DNA from: Thermoanaerobaculia bacterium
Lineage (GTDB): Bacteria; Acidobacteriota; Thermoanaerobaculia; UBA5066
DNA: 64,000 bases
NCBI GenBank assembly: GCA_963719225.1
Contig: CAVRAY010000001.1
Coordinates: forward strand, 256,001-320,000
Direction of reading: 5' to 3'
Part shown: positions 59,485 through 64,000 of the stretch, piece by piece
How the letters are laid out: every line of letters begins with the position of its first letter
Numbering within the stretch: the first letter of the stretch is position 1
Position numbers and translations under genes: made by a program
The notes under the pieces: generated by a model
Databases searched by the model: none
The model's input: only the letters and a program-made list of their open reading frames with translations
What the model was told of the DNA's origin: nothing

Positions 59485-61689
59485 TCACTTGCCCCTGGAG
59501 ACCGTCGTCGTCAGAAGCGAATTCGGCAGGAGATCGGGCCGGAGGCTGGAGCCCGGGGTTCGCGACTCCGCCTCCTGCTTGAGGTCGCGCTCGGCGCGCG
59601 CGTACGTGGCGTCGAGCTCCGCGAGGGCGGAGGCGAGACGCGGATCGGCGGCCTTCCGCTCCTCGGCGAGGTCGCGCCGCGCTTCGCGGAGCTGCTTGCG
59701 GCGGGCCTCGAGGACGGCGGTGGCGAAGGACGCTTGCGCGGCGCGGCGCGTCTTCTCGTACGTCCCGTCCGTGAGCGACTCCCGCGTGAGCGACGAGAAG
59801 GTCTCCAGGGCCTTCCGGCGCGCGCCCTCCACGTCGTCGTGGAGCGTGCGCGCGAGCTCGAATCGCCGCGCGCTCAGCCGGTCGAGGGCCGCGTGAGAGG
59901 ACGCGGACAGACCTTTCGGGGGTCGCAGCTTCAGGACGCTCTTTTTCGCCTCCGGCATCGGCTTCGGGGCCGCCCCGAACGGGTGGCCGCCGGGGAAAGG
60001 AGTCTTGATCGCGATCGCCGCGGTGGGGGTCGGCGTCGGCCCCGGGGTCCGCGCGAACGTCGGCGCGCCCGGGAACGGCTTCTTGATCGTCATCCCGCAC
60101 GTCGGGTTCCGCTTCATGAACTCCGCGCGGTACTCGTCGACCGAGTGGAAGGAGTTCGGGCCGGCGTCCTTCATCGTCTGCCAGAGGCGCCCGAAGCCGC
60201 CGCACGTCTGTGCGAGGTTGAAGAGCTGGTTCGCGACGTCGCCCTCGACGTCGTCGCCCGAAGGCGAGCCCCACGTGCCGTTCGGGACGAACGTGCCGGT
60301 CGCGGCGGGGTTGAATGCGCTCGTGGTGAAGTAGGCCCACCCTTCGTTGAACGCGAAACCCTCGTTCGACACGTCCGTGGGGGAGTGGCTCCGCGCGTAG
60401 ACGAACCGGGTCGCGTCGTGGTTGAAGTGGTCGCGCCCGCCGTCGGCCGCGTGGCGGAGGCGGTGCCCGAACTCGTGGTCGAACGAATCGAAGCTCGTGG
60501 TCTTCGGGCCGTGGTAGGGCCAATGGATGGTGTCCCATGTGGTGTAGGGAGATTCCCCGATGAAGACGGTCGGGTATTCGACGCCGACGAGGCCGTCGTG
60601 GCCCGGAACCCGCGTGTCCCCGGTCAGCTTTTTGTTCAGGTCCACGAAGTTCTGGTACGCGCGCTGCGCGCGGAAGTAGAGGATCGCGTCGAGCTCGGCC
60701 CCGGACCAGTCCTGCTCGCCGAACTCCGCGTCGCCGCACGTGTTGACCATCGTCTCGGTCCTTCGCCGCGCGGTGTTCTCGAGAGGGTCCTTCACGTCCA
60801 CGCGGTGCGGCTCGCGGAGCACGAACTCGACGTAGGGATCGGGGCGCTTGCAGCCCGCGCCGATGCAGTTCGAGTCGCTGCCCTTGCCGGTGAGGTCGAA
60901 CCGGCCCTGCGCGTCCGTGAACCCGCGCGACATCTCGTGGTCGGTGGGCCCGAAGTCCTCGTCCATGAGCTTGACCCGCACGCGCGCGAATGGCTGTCGC
61001 ACGCCGCTCTCGTCCGTGAAGAAGAGCCGGCCCGTCGCGCGGACGGACTGGCACACGGAGGCCGGGTCGGGCGCCGCGGTCTTCAGGAAGAACGTCCAGC
61101 TGATCGCCCCGCTCATCGAGCGCGCGACGCGCACCTGGTCGAACGGGACGTCGTTCGCCGCGCGCTCGTTCGTGCTCCCGCACTTGAAGAGGAGCTCGTT
61201 CGTCGCCTTCGGGAGGTCCGCCGTGAGCGCCTCGCTCGCCTTGACGCTGACCTTGCCGTTCAGGCCGTCGAACGTGACGAGGTTTCCCTTGTCGCAGCCG
61301 TCCTGCGTGTCGCCCGTCTTCGACGAGGTCCCGGGCTTTCCGGTCGCCTTCGGATCGGGAGGCAGTCGGAAGAATGTCCACGTCATCGCGCCGTTGGCCA
61401 CGCGCTTCAGGCGCACGCGGTCGTACGGCTCGTCGTTCGACGAGAACTCCTGCGAGTCCCCGCAGAACCACTCGATCTCGCGCACGGGAGCCGTCAGGTC
61501 CCGCGTCTCCTCGCCGTTCGCCTTCACCGTGACCTTCTCGCCGCCCTTCGCCCGGAACGTGACGACGTCCGACTTGTCGCATTTGTCTTTCGTGTCGCCG
61601 ACTTCCGTCTGGGCCGACGCGGCCAGGGAGATTCCTGAGAGGAACAGAAAAGTCAGAATCGTGCGCGAAAGGTCTCGTCGATTTCCCAT
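59485..61689 (-). CDS. Secreted multidomain putative zinc metalloprotease
   Basis: AGGAGG RBS, signal peptide, two ~80-aa repeats, transthyretin-like domain (TDAQGRF), HEFGH...NEGWA, Pro-rich linker and helical tail. Confidence 0.8.
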   Translation of the reverse strand: MGNRRDLSRTILTFLFLSGISLAASAQTEVGDTKDKCDKSDVVTFRAKGGEKVTVKANGEETRDLTAPVREIEWFCGDSQEFSSNDEPYDRVRLKRVANGAMTWTFFRLPPDPKATGKPGTSSKTGDTQDGCDKGNLVTFDGLNGKVSVKASEALTADLPKATNELLFKCGSTNERAANDVPFDQVRVARSMSGAISWTFFLKTAAPDPASVCQSVRATGRLFFTDESGVRQPFARVRVKLMDEDFGPTDHEMSRGFTDAQGRFDLTGKGSDSNCIGAGCKRPDPYVEFVLREPHRVDVKDPLENTARRRTETMVNTCGDAEFGEQDWSGAELDAILYFRAQRAYQNFVDLNKKLTGDTRVPGHDGLVGVEYPTVFIGESPYTTWDTIHWPYHGPKTTSFDSFDHEFGHRLRHAADGGRDHFNHDATRFVYARSHSPTDVSNEGFAFNEGWAYFTTSAFNPAATGTFVPNGTWGSPSGDDVEGDVANQLFNLAQTCGGFGRLWQTMKDAGPNSFHSVDEYRAEFMKRNPTCGMTIKKPFPGAPTFARTPGPTPTPTAAIAIKTPFPGGHPFGAAPKPMPEAKKSVLKLRPPKGLSASSHAALDRLSARRFELARTLHDDVEGARRKALETFSSLTRESLTDGTYEKTRRAAQASFATAVLEARRKQLREARRDLAEERKAADPRLASALAELDATYARAERDLKQEAESRTPGSSLRPDLLPNSLLTTTVSRGK

Positions 61690-61929
61690 TTGTTTTCCTC
61701 CTTGCGCTGGCCGATCGAGACGACAGAAGAAGAACGCGGGAAACGTAACGTCCGCTTTTCGATCTCTTTGTCCGTTCCCCTCTCAGGAACGAGAGGTCTG
61801 GCCTCAAAATATACCGAGACGCAGTATCAAAGTGAACCCCCCGCGGTTCCGCTTGCCGCCGGATGAGGCAAATGCCTCATGCCCGCTTTCGGCTCGGAGC
61901 CCACGTTGAAAGCGGAGGGGATTGCGATC

Positions 61930-63672
61930 ATGGAAACCTTTGCTCTCAGATACGAATCCAGGGGTGCGGCGGCCTCCGAAGTGCCCTACCGCGGCACGCG
62001 GCTGCTCCGGCATCCCATGTACACGAAGGGTTCGGCCTTCAACGCGCAGGAACGGAAGGACTTCGGGCTGGAAGGACTCCTGCCGAACGCCGTGAGCTCG
62101 ATGGATCAGCAGGAACGCCGGGTCTACGCGAACATCTCCCGGAAGACCGACCCGCTCGAGAAGTTCATCGGCCTGGCCGCCCTGCAGGACCGCAACGAAC
62201 ACCTCTTTTACCGGCTCCTGATCGACCATGTGGAAGAGTTCCTCCCCATTGTTTACACGCCAACGGTCGGCCGGGCGTGCCAGGAGTTCAGCCACATCTT
62301 CCGGCGGGCCCGCGGACTCTGGATCACGCCCGCGCACCGCGGTCGCATTTACGAGATCCTCGGCAACGCCCCGTTCGACGACGTCCGCCTCATCGTCGTG
62401 ACCGACAACGAGCGCATTCTCGGCCTCGGCGACCAAGGGGCCGGGGGCATGGGGATTCCGATCGGGAAGCTCGCGCTCTACACGACGGCAGCGGGCATCC
62501 ATCCATCGCAGACGCTTCCCATCAGCCTCGACGTCGGCACGGACAATGAAGCGCTCCTCAATGACGAGCTGTACCTCGGCTGGCGGCTTCCGCGCCTGCG
62601 CGGCCCCGAGTACGACTCCCTGGTCGAGGAATTCGTCCAGGCCGTGAAGAAACGTTTCCCGAAGGCGCTCCTGCAGTGGGAGGACTTCAAAAAGGTCAAC
62701 GCGTTCAGGCTGCTCGACCGCTATCGGAAGTCGATCACCTGCTTCAACGACGACATCCAGGGAACCGCGGCCGTCGCCACGGCCGGCATGATGGCCGGCA
62801 GCCGGGCCACGGGGATTCCTCTCAAGGACCAGCGCGTCGTCATCCTGGGGGCGGGCGCCGCGGGAATCGGCATCGCGCGGCTGCTGCGCGACACGTTCCG
62901 GCGAGCGGGGCTCACGGGCGAGGCGCTCACACGCGCCATCGCGAACCTCGACAGCCAGGGGCTCGTCGTCGACGACACGGAGATCAAAGACGTCCACAAA
63001 CGGGACTTCGCGTGGCCTTCGGCCCTGGCGGCGAAGATGGGCCTCAAGAAAGGCTCGCCGCGGGATCTCCTGGCCGTCGTCAGGGCCTTGAAGCCCACGT
63101 TCCTGATCGGCACGTCCGGGGAGCCCGGGACGTTCACGGAAGCGATCGTCCGGGAGATGGCGAAGCACGTCGAGCGCCCCGTCATCTTCCCGATGTCGAA
63201 TCCGACCAGCAAGAGCGAAGCGAAGCCCGCGGACATCGTGGCCTGGACGAACGGCCGCGCTCTCATCGCGACGGGAAGCCCGTTCGACCCGGTGCCCCAT
63301 CAGGGCCGCTTGATCACGATCGGCCAGGGCAACAACGTCTTCATCTTCCCCGGAGTCGGTCTCGGCGCCCTCGTGGCCGAGGCGAAGGAAGTCACCGACG
63401 GAATGTTCGCCGTCGCCGCCCAGAAGCTCGCGGACGAGGTGAAAGAGTCGGACCTCGCGTCCGGGAGCCTCTTCCCCTCTGCAACCGAGATCCGGCGCGT
63501 CAGCCGGTGCATCGCCGAGGCGGTCGTGGCCGAAGCCCGGAACGCGGGCGTCGGGCGGCAGATTCCCGACGCGGAGATCCCGAAGGCCGTCGCCGCCATG
63601 ATCTGGGAGCCGGCCTATCTTCCGATGGTTCCGGTTCCGACGCGCGCGGAGATGCCCGTTCTGGCTCTCTAG
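61930..63672 (+). CDS. maeA: NAD-dependent malic enzyme
   Basis: PIVYTPTVG, TD.ERILGLGD, QWEDF, FNDDIQGT, GAGAAG, SNPT, QGNN. Confidence 0.96.
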   Translation: METFALRYESRGAAASEVPYRGTRLLRHPMYTKGSAFNAQERKDFGLEGLLPNAVSSMDQQERRVYANISRKTDPLEKFIGLAALQDRNEHLFYRLLIDHVEEFLPIVYTPTVGRACQEFSHIFRRARGLWITPAHRGRIYEILGNAPFDDVRLIVVTDNERILGLGDQGAGGMGIPIGKLALYTTAAGIHPSQTLPISLDVGTDNEALLNDELYLGWRLPRLRGPEYDSLVEEFVQAVKKRFPKALLQWEDFKKVNAFRLLDRYRKSITCFNDDIQGTAAVATAGMMAGSRATGIPLKDQRVVILGAGAAGIGIARLLRDTFRRAGLTGEALTRAIANLDSQGLVVDDTEIKDVHKRDFAWPSALAAKMGLKKGSPRDLLAVVRALKPTFLIGTSGEPGTFTEAIVREMAKHVERPVIFPMSNPTSKSEAKPADIVAWTNGRALIATGSPFDPVPHQGRLITIGQGNNVFIFPGVGLGALVAEAKEVTDGMFAVAAQKLADEVKESDLASGSLFPSATEIRRVSRCIAEAVVAEARNAGVGRQIPDAEIPKAVAAMIWEPAYLPMVPVPTRAEMPVLAL

Positions 63673-64000
63673 TCCGCCTGCATCGCCCAGCGGAAGATCT
63701 CGGGCAGAGTGGGCTTCTTGCCGTACATGAGGATGCCGACGCGGTAGATGCGCCCGGCGAACCACGCGACGGCGACGATCGTCGCGACGAGGAGCGCGAC
63801 GGACGTTGCGATCTGCCAGAGCGGCGGCGTCTGCACGGAGATGCGCATGAACATCATGAGCGGCGCCGTGAAGGGGAAGAACGACAGCACCGTGGCGAGT
63901 CTTCCGTTCGGCTGGTTGAACGCAAAAAACCACGTCGTGGAGGTGAGCATCAGCATCAAGCCGGGGATCATGACGAACTGCTGCGCCTCCTGCTCCGTGT
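63669..64000 (-). CDS. ABC-2 type permease (NatB/YhaP-like), 3' part
   Basis: EAQQ, LSFFPFTAPLMM.MR, RIYRVGILMYGKKP; runs off the window edge. Confidence 0.88.
   Translation of the reverse strand, partial: TEQEAQQFVMIPGLMLMLTSTTWFFAFNQPNGRLATVLSFFPFTAPLMMFMRISVQTPPLWQIATSVALLVATIVAVAWFAGRIYRVGILMYGKKPTLPEIFRWAMQAD

Overview
High-GC bacterial chromosome segment, mostly housekeeping genes. Gene content and order resemble Acidobacteriota/Thermoanaerobaculia; this is an inference. In order: (1) 1-7.6 kb is an accessory redox/regulatory block: two tandem paralogous small membrane proteins behind a phased operator array, convergent with an operon encoding a 9-heme cytochrome c, a cytochrome b, a sensor kinase and a NarL-type regulator, followed by a VapBC-type toxin-antitoxin pair. 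(2) mfd, two parvulin/SurA PPIases and rnd. (3) A dcw cluster (mraZ-rsmH-ftsL-ftsI-murE-mraY-murD-ftsW-murG-murC-ftsQ-ftsA-ftsZ) lacking murF, murB and ddl, with AT-rich palindromic patches inside murE and murC. (4) Assorted genes, then a two-cassette integron-type array with an attI-like site but no integrase (34.8-36.0 kb). (5) A TonB receptor and an Hsp70-like gene sharing a 26-bp divergent spacer, a tag-mscS-PP2C-esterase operon, PFOR with a DHOD-like gene, an M16 protease, a frameshifted Kelch-like gene, tRNA-Glu(CTC), ychF, a CPBP protease, a secreted HExxH protein with a duplicated unrecognised domain plus a partner gene, malic enzyme and a partial ABC permease. Best novelty candidates: the orphan attI-like/attC array with TTCT-N6-AGAA boxes, the split CbcL-like cytochrome plus two-component module with its small-protein targets, and the TTCT(A/T)AGAA islands in division genes. 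All calls are by eye; no searches were run.
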